A stretch of 64,000 bases of DNA, from assembly GCF_003334255.1 (NCBI RefSeq), contig NZ_QOWU01000013.1; one strand, 5' to 3'. The DNA comes from Escherichia coli. Its GTDB lineage: Bacteria; Pseudomonadota; Gammaproteobacteria; Enterobacterales; Enterobacteriaceae. This document shows, piece by piece, positions 33,001 through 45,116 of the stretch; position 1 is the first letter of the stretch, and each line of letters begins with the position of its first letter. The position numbers and the translations under genes are program-made. A model generated the notes under the pieces. The model was not told the origin of the DNA and did no database searches. It was given only the letters and a program-made list of their open reading frames with translations.

Positions 33001-34017
33001 ATGTCCACATTACGCCTGCTCATCTCTGACTCTTACGACCCGTGGTTTAACCTGGCGGTGGAAGAGTGTATTTTTCGCCAAATGCCCGCCACGCAGCGCG
33101 TTCTGTTTCTCTGGCGCAATGCCGACACGGTAGTAATTGGTCGCGCGCAGAACCCGTGGAAAGAGTGTAATACCCGGCGGATGGAAGAAGATAACGTCCG
33201 CCTGGCGCGGCGCAGTAGCGGTGGCGGCGCGGTGTTCCACGATCTCGGCAATACCTGCTTTACCTTTATGGCTGGCAAGCCGGAGTACGATAAAACTATC
33301 TCCACGTCGATTGTGCTCAATGCGCTGAACGCGCTCGGCGTCAGCGCCGAAGCGTCCGGACGTAACGATCTGGTGGTGAAAACCGTCGAAGGCGACCGCA
33401 AAGTCTCAGGCTCGGCCTATCGCGAAACCAAAGATCGCGGCTTCCACCACGGCACCTTGCTACTCAATGCCGACCTCAGCCGCCTGGCAAACTATCTCAA
33501 TCCGGATAAAAAGAAACTGGCGGCGAAAGGCATTACGTCGGTACGTTCCCGCGTGACCAACCTCACCGAGCTGTTGCCGGGGATCACCCATGAGCAGGTT
33601 TGCGAGGCCATAACCGAGGCCTTTTTCGCCCATTATGGCGAGCGCGTGGAAGCGGAAATCATCTCCCCGAACAAAACGCCAGACTTGCCAAACTTCGCCG
33701 AAACCTTTGCCCGCCAGAGTAGCTGGGAATGGAACTTCGGTCAGGCTCCGGCATTCTCGCATCTGCTGGATGAACGCTTTACCTGGGGCGGCGTGGAACT
33801 GCATTTCGACGTTGAAAAAGGCCATATCACCCGCGCCCAGGTGTTTACCGACAGCCTCAACCCCGCGCCGCTGGAAGCCCTCGCCGGACGACTGCAAGGC
33901 TGCCTGTACCGCGCAGATATGCTGCAACAGGAGTGCGAAGCGCTGTTGGTTGACTTCCCGGAACAGGAAAAAGAGCTACGGGAGTTATCGGCATGGATGG
34001 CGGGGGCTGTAAGGTAG
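33001..34017 (+). CDS. lplA: Lipoate-protein ligase A, 338 aa
   Basis: [25 protein letters not shown]... full-length LplA. Confidence 0.95.
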
Positions 34018-35349
34018 TTACCCGCCCATGCGGGCAACTTTCTCTTCGATTTGCCGGATTTTTTCCGGCATTTCTTGCGCAATGTGGCGAAACGCCTCGC
34101 TGATACGCGGATCTCTGGCGACCGTTTGCCAGAACTGCTGCGCCAGCGGGATCGCCGTTAACCAAGCGCTTTTACTGACGTTAAGATCAAACTTCACCTC
34201 AATGGCAGCATCACGCAGCATTCCAGCGCTGTTTGGTGCATAGACCATCGGCAGCATGTCGTAGACGGGCGTCAGCGCAAATGGCGGTTCAGATAAATAA
34301 AACGATAAATTACCTGCGTGCATATCGCTGTTGGCGATAAGTCGCCCAAATGCCCAGATCACTTCTGTTTGCGCCACGCTCTGGTGAGTGACAAGTTGTT
34401 GCTCACACAAACGGCGCATTGCCTGCGGCCACGATCCCGGAGAAGAGATAAACTCACTCTGCACCGCCTCCAGCGACACAATAGGCAAGCGACCATCGTT
34501 ACCTTTGCAGTCAAAGCGTTCCGCTTCGAGGAATACCTGCCTGTTACTTGTTACAAGCACCGTTGACTCGATGGCGTGGATCCCACCGTCACGCAGGATT
34601 TGCGCGGCAATAGATTCAGCAATTAGCAGGTCACCCCAACGTTGGCTGACCGCGGTTTGCTGTGGTACGGTGAATTTCACCAACACATGTTTATTGCCTG
34701 ACGGCGTTTGTGCATAGTAGGTAAATTTTGGCTGCTCGCCGCCCGCAGAAGAACCCACAATTTCTCCTGCCAGTGCATCACTTGCCAGCTGTTCGTAATG
34801 GGTGAGTTTTTGATCCAGAGGAATTTCCGCAGGGTGTTGTGCAGTAATCCATCGCTGATAATTCCCCTCCCCGACCAACCAACCGCCAGTATATTCACCG
34901 TTAAATACGGTCAGGGCGTAGAGCACATCTTCTTCCTGCCAGAGACGTATATCATCAGTCAGATTCAGTTGCGCGGCTAACTTCCTGCCCCACGCGCGCC
35001 CTAAAAAGCCCTGCGGTCGGAGATCGGTCAAATACCAGGGCAAACCATCAAACCACTGTTCGTCGCCATCTGCGCCTGTTACCAGACAACTTCCCTGCGG
35101 CCAGCACAACCGGATGTCGGCGAATTTATGCGCCTTTCCGGTATCGTCCACCCGCCAGACGGGAATACGCTCAATTCCGCGATAAGGACGCAGCAGTGCA
35201 TATCGCGTTGCCCGTGCTTTACCAAAGCGAATCACCCGATCTTCTCTGGCAACAAGGCGTGAGAACGTCGCCTGACTGATTGCCAGACGCTGGCGCAATT
35301 CCGGGGCAGAACGCGGCCCTTGCAGTAAAAGATCAGTCAGCTCGCTCAT
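34018..35349 (-). CDS. yjjJ: HipA-like Ser/Thr kinase with N-terminal HTH domain (YjjJ), 443 aa
   Basis: N-terminal HTH-like segment (SAPELRQRLAISQATFSRLVAR), HipA-like core with catalytic-loop-like DMHAGN motif; 3' end abuts the lplA 3' end. Confidence 0.85.
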   Translation of the reverse strand: MSELTDLLLQGPRSAPELRQRLAISQATFSRLVAREDRVIRFGKARATRYALLRPYRGIERIPVWRVDDTGKAHKFADIRLCWPQGSCLVTGADGDEQWFDGLPWYLTDLRPQGFLGRAWGRKLAAQLNLTDDIRLWQEEDVLYALTVFNGEYTGGWLVGEGNYQRWITAQHPAEIPLDQKLTHYEQLASDALAGEIVGSSAGGEQPKFTYYAQTPSGNKHVLVKFTVPQQTAVSQRWGDLLIAESIAAQILRDGGIHAIESTVLVTSNRQVFLEAERFDCKGNDGRLPIVSLEAVQSEFISSPGSWPQAMRRLCEQQLVTHQSVAQTEVIWAFGRLIANSDMHAGNLSFYLSEPPFALTPVYDMLPMVYAPNSAGMLRDAAIEVKFDLNVSKSAWLTAIPLAQQFWQTVARDPRISEAFRHIAQEMPEKIRQIEEKVARMGG

Positions 35350-35515
35350 TAATGAATAGATTCGTGAATAGATACTTGAATAGATTTATTAACACATTTC
35401 ACTGAAAAGTATAGCGAAAATATTCAAGCTGGAGAGAAAAATGAATAGATACTAAAAAGCCGGAGCAGTCTCCCGCTCCGGCTTCACAAGGCAATCGCCT
35501 TGCAGCGAAACACAA

Positions 35516-36235
35516 TTACTCTTTATCGCCCAGCAGAACGGATTCCAGTGCGATTTTGATCATGTCGTTGAAGGTAGTCTGACGCTCAGCGGCAGTGGTC
35601 TGCTCGTGAGTGCGGATGTGGTCAGATACGGTGCAGATGGTCAGGGCTTTCGCGCCAAATTCTGCAGCGACGCCGTAGATACCAGCCGCTTCCATTTCCA
35701 CGCCGAGAATGCCGTATTTTTCCATCACGTCGAACATTTCGCCGTCCGGAGAGTAGAACAGGTCAGCGGAGAACAGGTTACCCACGCGAGCATCAATACC
35801 CAGTGCTTTAGCTGCATCTACTGCGTTACGCACCATGTCGAAGTCAGCGATAGCGGCAAAGTCATGGTCTTTAAAACGGATGCGGTTAACTTTGGAATCG
35901 GTGCAGGCACCCATACCGATAACGACGTCGCGCAGTTTTACGTGCGGCAGAACTGCGCCACAGGAACCCACGCGGATAATTTTCTTCACGCCGAAATCGG
36001 TGATCAGTTCTTTGGTGTAGATGGAGCAGGACGGGATACCCATACCGTGACCCATTACGGAAATTTTGCGGCCTTTGTAAGTACCGGTGAAGCCCAGCAT
36101 ACCGCGAACGTTGTTCACTTCACGGGCATCTTCAAGGAAAGTTTCAGCAATATACTTCGCACGCAGCGGGTCGCCTGGCATCAAAACTACGTCAGCGAAA
36201 TCGCCCATTTCTGCATTAATGTGTGGGGTAGCCAT
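35516..36235 (-). CDS. deoD: Purine nucleoside phosphorylase DeoD, 239 aa
   Basis: [35 protein letters not shown]-terminus; ATG 36233-36235. Confidence 0.95.
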
Positions 36236-36291
36236 TGTTTTATCCTTTTTGTGACATAACAAAGGCGGAGTCAACGCTCCGCCCAAATCCA

Positions 36292-37536
<1,245 letters not shown>

Positions 37537-37566
37537 TCAAATTTAAATGATCAGATCAGTATACCG

Positions 37567-38889
37567 TTATTCGCTGATACGGCGATAGACAGTTGGTGTG
37601 CTTTCCGGTGCTTTATCGGCAAGTTTAATTGCCGCTTTCACCGCTTTCGCCGCTTCCTGCCAGTTGTTTTCGTCTTTCGCGTGGATAACCGCCAGCGGAC
37701 GCTGACCGTCTACCTGGTCGCCCAGACGCGCCATATCAGTAAAGCCGACGCTGTAATCGATGGTGTCAGATGCCTGACGGCGTCCGCCGCCCATTGCAAC
37801 CACTGCCATCCCCAGCGCGCGGGTATCCATTTCACTGACAAAACCTTCGGTATCAGCATAGACTGCTTTCGTCAGCATCGCTGTCGGCAGATACTTCGCG
37901 TAGTTCTCAACGAAGTCGGTCGGGCCTTTTTGTGCCGCTACCATACGACCAAAGACTTCTGCCGCTTTACCGTTGTCCAGCACCGCCTGCAATTTCGCGC
38001 GCGCTTCGGCGTCATCTTTCGCCAGTTTGCCGGAGATCAGCATCTCCACGCACAGCGCCATCGTGACATCAAACAGACGCGGGTTACGATATTCACCCGT
38101 CAGGAACTGCACCGCTTCACGAACTTCAACCGCGTTACCTGCACTGGAGGCCAGTACCTGATTCATGTCGGTGAGCAGCGCGGTGGTGCGCACGCCAGCG
38201 CCGTTAGCCACGCCAACAATCGCTTCGGCAAGGGCTTCAGAGAGTTCGTAGGTCGGCATAAACGCGCCGCTACCCACTTTCACGTCCATCACCAGCGCGT
38301 CCAGACCTTCCGCAAGTTTCTTCGCCAGAATAGAGGCGGTGATCAGCGGGATGGAGTCCACGGTTGCGGTAATATCACGGGTCGCGTAGAAACGTTTATC
38401 AGCCGGAGCCAGTGAACTGGTCTGACCGATAATCGCCACGCCGACGTCTTTAATAATTTCGCGGAAACGGTTGTCATCCGGGAAAATGTCGAAGCCAGGG
38501 ATGGATTCCAGTTTGTCGAGCGTACCGCCAGTATGACCGAGGCCGCGACCAGAGATCATCGGAATATAGCCGCCGCAGGCTGCGACCATCGGCCCCAACA
38601 TCAGCGAAGTCACATCGCCGACGCCACCGGTGGAGTGTTTATCAACAATCGGGCCATTCAGATGCAGGCTTTTCCAGTCGAGAACGGTTCCTGAATCTCG
38701 CATCGCCATGGTCAGCGAGACACGCTCAGGCATTGTCATATCGTGGAAGAAAATGGTCATCGCGAGGGCGGCAATCTGCCCTTCGGAGATAGTGTTGTCG
38801 CGAATACCGTTGATAAAGAAACGAATTTCTTCATCGCTCAGCGCATGACCATCACGTTTTTTACGAATAATTTCTTGTGCGAGAAACAA
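37567..38889 (-). CDS. deoA: Thymidine phosphorylase DeoA, 440 aa
   Basis: [29 protein letters not shown]...; TTG start codon in this sequence. Confidence 0.95.
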
Positions 38890-38917
38890 GGTAACCTCCC
38901 GAGGAAAAGAGTATGAG

Positions 38918-39003
38918 GCGGCTTTTGCCGGATGCGTCTACGCCTTATCCGGCCTACGGGTAGATACGTCTCGTAGGCCTGATAAGCGCAGCGCATCAGG
39001 CGT
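38918..39003. repeat. REP pair between deoC and deoA
   Basis: TGCCGGATGCGTCTACGCCTTATCCGGCCTAC and GTAGGCCTGATAAGCGCAGCGCATCAGGCG in inverted orientation. Confidence 0.7.
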
Positions 39004-39015
39004 AAAGCATCTTAC

Positions 39016-39795
39016 TTAGTAGCTGCTGGCGCTCTTACCGTCGCCGTGACCCAGCGCTTTCAGCAGGCTTGCCAGCAGGCTGGAAGCGCCAAAGCGGTAG
39101 TGACGCGCATCTGCCCAGTCAGCACCGAACAGTTCATCTGCAATGGCGAGATATTTCTGCGCATCTTCCGCAGTACGCACGCCGCCCGCCGGTTTGAAAC
39201 CAACGGTTTTTTCTACGCCCATATCACGGATCACTTCCATCATGATGCGCGCGCTTTCCGGCGTCGCGTTCACAGCCACTTTACCGGTAGAGGTTTTGAT
39301 GAAGTCCGCACCCGCTTTGATGGAGATTTCAGACGCTTTACGGATCAGCGCTTCGTCTTTCAGTTCGCCGGTTTCGATGATCACTTTCAGCAGTACATTC
39401 GCTGCCGCGCAAGCCTCTTTACAGGCTTTCACCAGGTCAAAACCAACCTGCTCGTTACCCGCCATCAGCGCGCGGTACGGGAACACAACGTCAACTTCAT
39501 CAGCACCGTAGGCGATTGCCGCACGGGTTTCTGCCAGCGCGATGTCGATGTCGTCGTTACCGTGTGGGAAGTTGGTTACCGTAGCGATACGGATTTCCGG
39601 GGTGCCCTGCTCTTTCAGAGTTTTGCGAGCAATCGGGATAAAGCGAGGATAGATACAGATAGCGGCGGTATTGCCGACCGGAGTTTTGGCCTGATGACAC
39701 AGGGCGATCACTTTCTCGTCGGTGTCGTCGTCATTCAGGGTGGTCAGGTCCATCAATTTCAGTGCACGCAGGCTGCTTGCTTTCAGATCAGTCAT
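39016..39795 (-). CDS. deoC: Deoxyribose-phosphate aldolase DeoC, 259 aa
   Basis: [33 protein letters not shown]...; ATG 39793-39795. The ORF-track start is 8 codons upstream. Confidence 0.95.
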   Translation of the reverse strand: MTDLKASSLRALKLMDLTTLNDDDTDEKVIALCHQAKTPVGNTAAICIYPRFIPIARKTLKEQGTPEIRIATVTNFPHGNDDIDIALAETRAAIAYGADEVDVVFPYRALMAGNEQVGFDLVKACKEACAAANVLLKVIIETGELKDEALIRKASEISIKAGADFIKTSTGKVAVNATPESARIMMEVIRDMGVEKTVGFKPAGGVRTAEDAQKYLAIADELFGADWADARHYRFGASSLLASLLKALGHGDGKSASSY

Positions 39796-39839
39796 TTCAT
39801 TCTCCTGGCTTGTCGCCAATAAAATTCACCTTGCGAGTT

Positions 39840-39941
39840 TGTTAGTATTCTAACATCTACTCCGCAACACACTTCGATACACATCACAATTAAGGAAATC
39901 TACTTACAAGTTTGCATCACTGTAATGCGATCTGGTTCAAA
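39840..39941 (-). promoter_or_regulatory. deoP2 region: DeoR operator O2 plus two CRP/CytR target sites
   Basis: O2 TGTTAGTATTCTAACA (39840-39855); CRP-like sites TGTGATGTGTATCGAAGTGTGTT (39866-39888) and TTTGAACCAGATCGCATTACAGTGA (about 39917-39941), both read on the deo strand. Confidence 0.75.
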
Positions 39942-40052
39942 TAATTCACTTTCAAATGAATGCGTCAGTGGTGGCAAACGCATCAGGATCAAAGTGAACA
40001 TCACGAAACTTCTTACAATGGCGCATCACCTTCGGCATAAAAGGAAAAGAAG

Positions 40053-41603
40053 ATGCCCACTTCTCATGAAAATGCACTGCAACAACGTTGCCAGCAAATT
40101 GTCACCAGCCCAGTGCTTAGCCCGGAGCAGAAGCGCCATTTTCTGGCACTGGAAGCAGAAAACAATCTGCCTTACCCACAGCTTCCTGCCGAAGCCCGCC
40201 GCGCGCTGGATGAAGGTGTAATCTGCGATATGTTTGAAGGTCATGCGCCGTACAAACCGCGCTATGTCTTACCCGATTACGCCCGTTTTCTGGCGAACGG
40301 TTCCGAATGGCTGGAGCTGGAAGGCGCGAAAGATCTTGATGACGCACTCTCTCTGCTGACCATTCTTTACCACCACGTACCGTCGGTCACATCGATGCCG
40401 GTCTACCTGGGGCAACTGGATGCGTTGTTGCAACCGTATGTTAGAATTCTAACACAAGACGAGATCGATGTTCGAATAAAACGTTTCTGGCGTTACCTCG
40501 ACAGAACCCTGCCAGACGCCTTTATGCACGCCAATATCGGCCCGTCTGATTCGCCCATTACCCGCGCGATCTTACGTGCAGATGCAGAGTTGAAGCAGGT
40601 TTCACCGAACCTGACCTTTATCTACGATCCTGAAATCACCCCTGATGACCTGCTGCTGGAAGTGGCGAAGAACATCTGTGAATGTAGCAAACCGCACATC
40701 GCCAACGGTCCGGTGCATGATAAAATTTTCACAAAAGGGGGCTACGGGATTGTGAGCTGTTACAACTCACTGCCGCTGGCGGGTGGTGGCAGCACGCTGG
40801 TACGCCTTAACCTGAAAGCCATTGCCGAGCGCAGCGAATCGCTGGATGACTTCTTTACGCGCACTCTACCGCACTACTGCCAGCAGCAGATCGCCATCAT
40901 CGATGCGCGGTGTGAATTCCTCTATCAACAATCACACTTCTTTGAGAATAGCTTCCTGGTGAAAGAAGGGCTGATTAACCCTGAACGTTTTGTGCCAATG
41001 TTTGGCATGTATGGGCTGGCGGAAGCGGTTAACTTGCTGTGTGAAAAAGAAGGGATTGCCGCGCGCTACGGTAAAGAAGCCGCCGCAAATGAAGTAGGTT
41101 ATCGCATCAGCGCGCAACTGGCGGAGTTTGTCGCCAATACCCCCGTGAAATATGGCTGGCAAAAACGCGCCATGTTACACGCACAGTCGGGGATCAGTTC
41201 CGATATCGGCACCACGCCGGGCGCGCGTTTGCCGTATGGCGATGAGCCAGATCCGATCACCCATCTGCAAACTGTCGCCCCGCATCATGCTTATTATTAT
41301 TCCGGCATCAGCGACATTCTGACGCTCGACGAAACCATCAAACGTAACCCGCAGGCACTGGTACAGCTTTGCCTCGGTGCCTTTAAAGCCGGAATGCGTG
41401 AATTTACCGCCAATGTCAGCGGTAACGATCTGGTTCGCGTTACCGGTTATATGGTGCGTTTGTCGGATTTAGAAAAATATCGCGCCGAAGGTTCACGCAC
41501 CAACACCACCTGGCTGGGCGAAGAAGCCGCACGCAACACTCGTATTCTGGAACGCCAGCCGCGCGTGATAAGCCATGAACAGCAGATGCGCTTTAGTCAG
41601 TAA
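40053..41603 (+). CDS. yjjI: Glycyl-radical-enzyme-like protein YjjI, 516 aa
   Basis: Full-length ORF; near the C-terminus a RVTGY motif resembling the glycyl-radical signature RV[ST]GY; followed by an overlapping activase gene. Confidence 0.85.
40439..40454. promoter_or_regulatory. DeoR operator O1 (deoP1) inside the yjjI coding sequence
   Basis: Perfect 16-bp palindrome TGTTAGAATTCTAACA, exactly 599 bp from O2. Confidence 0.7.
40718..40733. promoter_or_regulatory. Candidate distal DeoR operator OE
   Basis: TGATAAAATTTTCACA, 12/16 match to the operator palindrome, 279 bp beyond O1; tentative. Confidence 0.4.
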
Positions 41604-42438
41604 GATTATCCCCTTCTCCTGCGTTGACGGGCCAGGCAGTCGTCTGGCTCTGTTTTTGCAGGGCTGCAATCTGCGCTGCAAAAACTGTCACAATCCGTGG
41701 ACGATGGGACGTTGCAATGACTGTGGGGAGTGCGTGCCACAGTGTCCGCATCAGGCGTTGCAGATTGTTGACGGCAAAGTGGTGTGGAACGCTGTGGTTT
41801 GCGAGCAGTGTGATACCTGCCTGAAGAGGTGTCCGCAACATGCCACGCCCATGGCGCAATCCATGAGCGTGGACGAAGTGCTTAGCCATGTCCGCAAAGC
41901 AGTGCTGTTTATCGAAGGGATAACGGTGAGTGGCGGTGAAGCCACGACCCAGCTGCCGTTTGTGGTGGCGCTGTTTACTGCTATCAAAAACGATCCGCAA
42001 CTGCGCCATCTCACCTGTCTGGTGGACAGTAACGGCATGTTGAGCGAAACCGGCTGGGAAAAATTGCTCCCGGTGTGCGACGGCGCAATGCTCGATCTCA
42101 AAGCGTGGGGGAGCGAATGTCATCAACAACTCACCGGACGCGATAATCAGCAGATTAAGCGCAGCATCTATTTGCTGGCAGAGCGCGGCAAGCTGGCGGA
42201 ACTGCGTTTGCTGGTGATCCCTGGCCAGGTGGATTATTTGCAACACATCGAAGAACTGGCGGCGTTTATCAAGGGACTCGGCGATGTTCCGGTACGCCTG
42301 AACGCGTTTCATGCCCACGGCGTGTATGGCGAGGCGCAAAGCTGGGCGAGCGCCACGCCGGAAGACGTTGAGCCGTTGGCTGATGCGTTAAAGGTGCGCG
42401 GGGTGAGCCGGTTGATATTTCCGGCGCTCTATTTGTGA
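41575..42438 (+). CDS. yjjW: Glycyl-radical enzyme activating protein (radical SAM) YjjW, 287 aa
   Basis: Radical-SAM CxxxCxxC (CNLRCKNC) plus two ferredoxin-like Cys clusters ([24 protein letters not shown]); overlaps the yjjI 3' end by 29 bp. Confidence 0.85.
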
Positions 42439-42440
42439 CA

Positions 42441-42862
42441 TGCCGGATACGGCCTACGGTTCGGCACAGACTTGTAGGCCTGATAAGACGCGTCAAGCGT
42501 CGCATCAGGCATTGTGCGCCAACTGCCGGATGCGGCGCGAACGCCTTATCCGGCCTACGGTTCGGCACAAACCTGTAGGCATGATAAGACGCGACAAGCG
42601 TCGCATCAGGCATTATGCGCCGACTGCCGGATGCGGCGTGAACGCCTTATCCGGCCTACGGTTCGGCACAGACTTGTAGGCATGATAAGACGCGACAAGC
42701 GTCGCATCAGGCATTGTGCGCCAACTGCCGGATGCGGCGTGAACGCCTTATCCGGCCTACGGTTCGGCACAAACCTGTAGGCATGATAAGACGCGTTAAG
42801 CGTCGCATCAGGCATTGTGCGCCAACTGCCGGATGCGGCGTGAACGCCTTATCCGGCCTACG
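42441..42862. repeat. REP/BIME cluster: about four tandem 101-bp units
   Basis: Motif CTACGGTTCGGCACA recurs at 42455, 42556, 42657 and 42758 (period 101 bp); each unit holds two inverted REP palindromes. Confidence 0.9.
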
Positions 42863-43637
42863 GCACGTTAAACAACGTATACGTGTTATTAAGCAACGCT
42901 TGCGCAATCTCATCCGCCGGTTCCCGGCGCAACTCGCAAAGCACGGCAAACACACGGGCAGCCTGCTCCGGGCGGTTAGGCTGCCCCTGAAAACCGTTGA
43001 GCGGCATATCCGGCGCGTCGGTTTCCAGCAATAACGATGCCAGCGGTAATTTTGCGATGACATCGCGGGTTTTACTGGCGCGTGGATAGGTGATAGTACC
43101 GCCTACGCCAATTTTGTAGCCCAGCTGTACAAACCGTTCGGCCTGTTGCAGGCTGCCGGAAAAACCGTGAACCACGCCAGTGCGCGGTAAATCGTGGCGT
43201 TTAAGATGCATCGCCAGTTTGTCGTGCGTGCGCCGTGAATGCAGGATCACCGGCAGATCGTAGCGTTTCGCCAGTTTCAGTTGTTCGTCGAGTAACCACT
43301 GCTGCCTCTCAAATTGCGGATCGTCGCCAAAGAGATCCAGACCGATCTCCCCCACCGCCACCACCTTCGCCGGACGCCTTTCCAGCGCCTGCTGTAGCTG
43401 CTCAAGAGACACATCGCTATGTTTTTCCAACATACCAGGATGCAAGCCCAATGCGGCATACAGCGGTTGATAATTTTCCGCTAATGCCAACACACGGGCA
43501 AAATTTTCCGCCTCTGTTGCCGGAACAATGATCTTGCCTACGCCCGCTTGTGCCGCGCGTTGCAGGCTGGCCTCTTCATCGCCACTAAACGGCGGGAAAT
43601 CAAAATGGCAGTGGGTGTCGATAAAACGGCAAATCAA
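42858..43637 (-). CDS. yjjV: TatD-family metal-dependent hydrolase YjjV, 259 aa
   Basis: MICRFIDTHCHFDFPPF (HxH metal-binding start); the last codons and TAG stop lie inside the terminal REP unit. Confidence 0.88.
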   Translation of the reverse strand: MICRFIDTHCHFDFPPFSGDEEASLQRAAQAGVGKIIVPATEAENFARVLALAENYQPLYAALGLHPGMLEKHSDVSLEQLQQALERRPAKVVAVGEIGLDLFGDDPQFERQQWLLDEQLKLAKRYDLPVILHSRRTHDKLAMHLKRHDLPRTGVVHGFSGSLQQAERFVQLGYKIGVGGTITYPRASKTRDVIAKLPLASLLLETDAPDMPLNGFQGQPNRPEQAARVFAVLCELRREPADEIAQALLNNTYTLFNVP

Positions 43638-44707
43638 GCCAGATCCTCATTGTTAAATGTCGGGTCGTTCGCCTGCGGAGCGTCGCTCACTTCGGCAACC
43701 AGCGTATCGTTGGCGACTGGCGCAGGCGGAATGACAATCGATTCCGGCGTCACCACTGGCACCAGATGGCGGGTAAGCGGCGCTTTTTCAGTTAATAGCT
43801 TGCCAACCGTGGCGAGGAAATAACGACCGCATAAACGCCCAAGTTTATAGTCTTCACGCAGCGCCGGAATCCGACTGCCAAGCGCGATACTATGTAATGG
43901 CTTCGGCGGATAAATTTCGAATATCCGCAGCTTGCCCGGTGGTTTCTCAATAAATTGCTGAATGTCACGATAGCTGGTTTCATGATGCTGCACCAGATTG
44001 ACCAGCGGCTGCAGGCTACTGTCACCCAGCCAGCGTTCCATGCGTTTGAACCACTGCGGCGTGTAGTACATTTGTGACGGCACAGTGCGAATGACGACCA
44101 ACGTTTTAGCGCCCTGCCTTGCCGCCTCTTTAACCGGAATCGCATCACTGATCCCGCCATCCAGGTAGTTAATGCCTTCCAGCGACACTCCGCTACGATA
44201 AAAGCCAGGTATCGCACTGGAGGCGCGAATCACATCCAGCCAGTTTTGTTTGGTTGGTAAAAAGTAATTCGGCGCGTAGTCATCCTGACGACAGGCGCAC
44301 ATATAAAACGATTTGCCGCTGTCAAACAACCGCGCGGCGGTATCCATTTGCAACGGCATCTGGCTTGCAGTGGCCTCCACCAGCCAGTCGAGATCGATAA
44401 GATTTCCTCCACGGACAAAGCGCAATGGATCGAAAAATTCGCGTTTTGTGGTATAGCGCATGATGACTTTGCGCGCGTAACCGGGCTGATTGCAGATAAA
44501 CGCCGAGAGGTTCTGCGCCCCGGCAGATGTGCCGAGATAAAGATCGAAAGGATTAAACTGCGCGCGCATAAACTCATCCAGCACGCCAGCCGTGAAAATT
44601 CCACGCTGTCCGCCGCCTTCGCACACCAGAGCTATTCGTCCAGGCTGGAACGGCCTTAGCGACAACGGCGCAATATTACCAAGCGTTACAGGTATTCGCT
44701 GCCCCAC
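43634..44707 (-). CDS. yjjU: Patatin-like phospholipase YjjU, 357 aa
   Basis: Patatin motifs GGGQRG and GTSAGA; GTG start at 44705-44707. The ORF-track start is 12 codons upstream. Confidence 0.8.
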   Translation of the reverse strand: MGQRIPVTLGNIAPLSLRPFQPGRIALVCEGGGQRGIFTAGVLDEFMRAQFNPFDLYLGTSAGAQNLSAFICNQPGYARKVIMRYTTKREFFDPLRFVRGGNLIDLDWLVEATASQMPLQMDTAARLFDSGKSFYMCACRQDDYAPNYFLPTKQNWLDVIRASSAIPGFYRSGVSLEGINYLDGGISDAIPVKEAARQGAKTLVVIRTVPSQMYYTPQWFKRMERWLGDSSLQPLVNLVQHHETSYRDIQQFIEKPPGKLRIFEIYPPKPLHSIALGSRIPALREDYKLGRLCGRYFLATVGKLLTEKAPLTRHLVPVVTPESIVIPPAPVANDTLVAEVSDAPQANDPTFNNEDLA

Positions 44708-44828
44708 CTCTGCCTTCCTGTTTTTGTTGTGAAAGAATGACAAAGTAACGCAATTTATTATTCGCTAAAACCGCAAAAGCCAGTCCGCTGGACTGGCTTT
44801 GGATAAAATTTTCTTAATGGTCTGAAAT

Positions 44829-44990
44829 CTAGGGTCGTTTTCGGCCCATGAACAAACTCACCAGGAACAGAATAATCCCGACGACAAAGACAATTTTAGC
44901 TGCGCCTGCAGCGGTACCGGCCAGACCACCAAACCCAAGTGCGGCGGCGATTAACGCGATAACCAGAAATATGATGCCCCAACGAAACAT
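44829..44990 (-). CDS. ytjA: Small membrane protein YtjA (UPF0391), 53 aa
   Basis: [53 protein letters not shown], a single-TM small protein; ATG 44988-44990. Confidence 0.7.
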
Positions 44991-45116
44991 AAGCGTCTCC
45001 TTTACCATAGTTAATGTCACCGCTTGATATGAGCGTGAAAATCACTCAATGCGATATTTTTAGTGTGGTGCACATCGCGCCTCCCGACAAAGTTCGGGAG
45101 GACGAATTACGACGAA

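Noticed and set aside
41593-42339. 248-aa minus-strand ORF
   Set aside because: Antisense to yjjW, which carries clear radical-SAM and ferredoxin Cys motifs.
42269-43063. Several overlapping 70-120-aa ORFs on both strands
   Set aside because: Encoded by the tandem REP/BIME repeats; their products are reiterations of repeat-derived peptides (for example PDKAFTPHPAVGAQCLMRRL), not genes.
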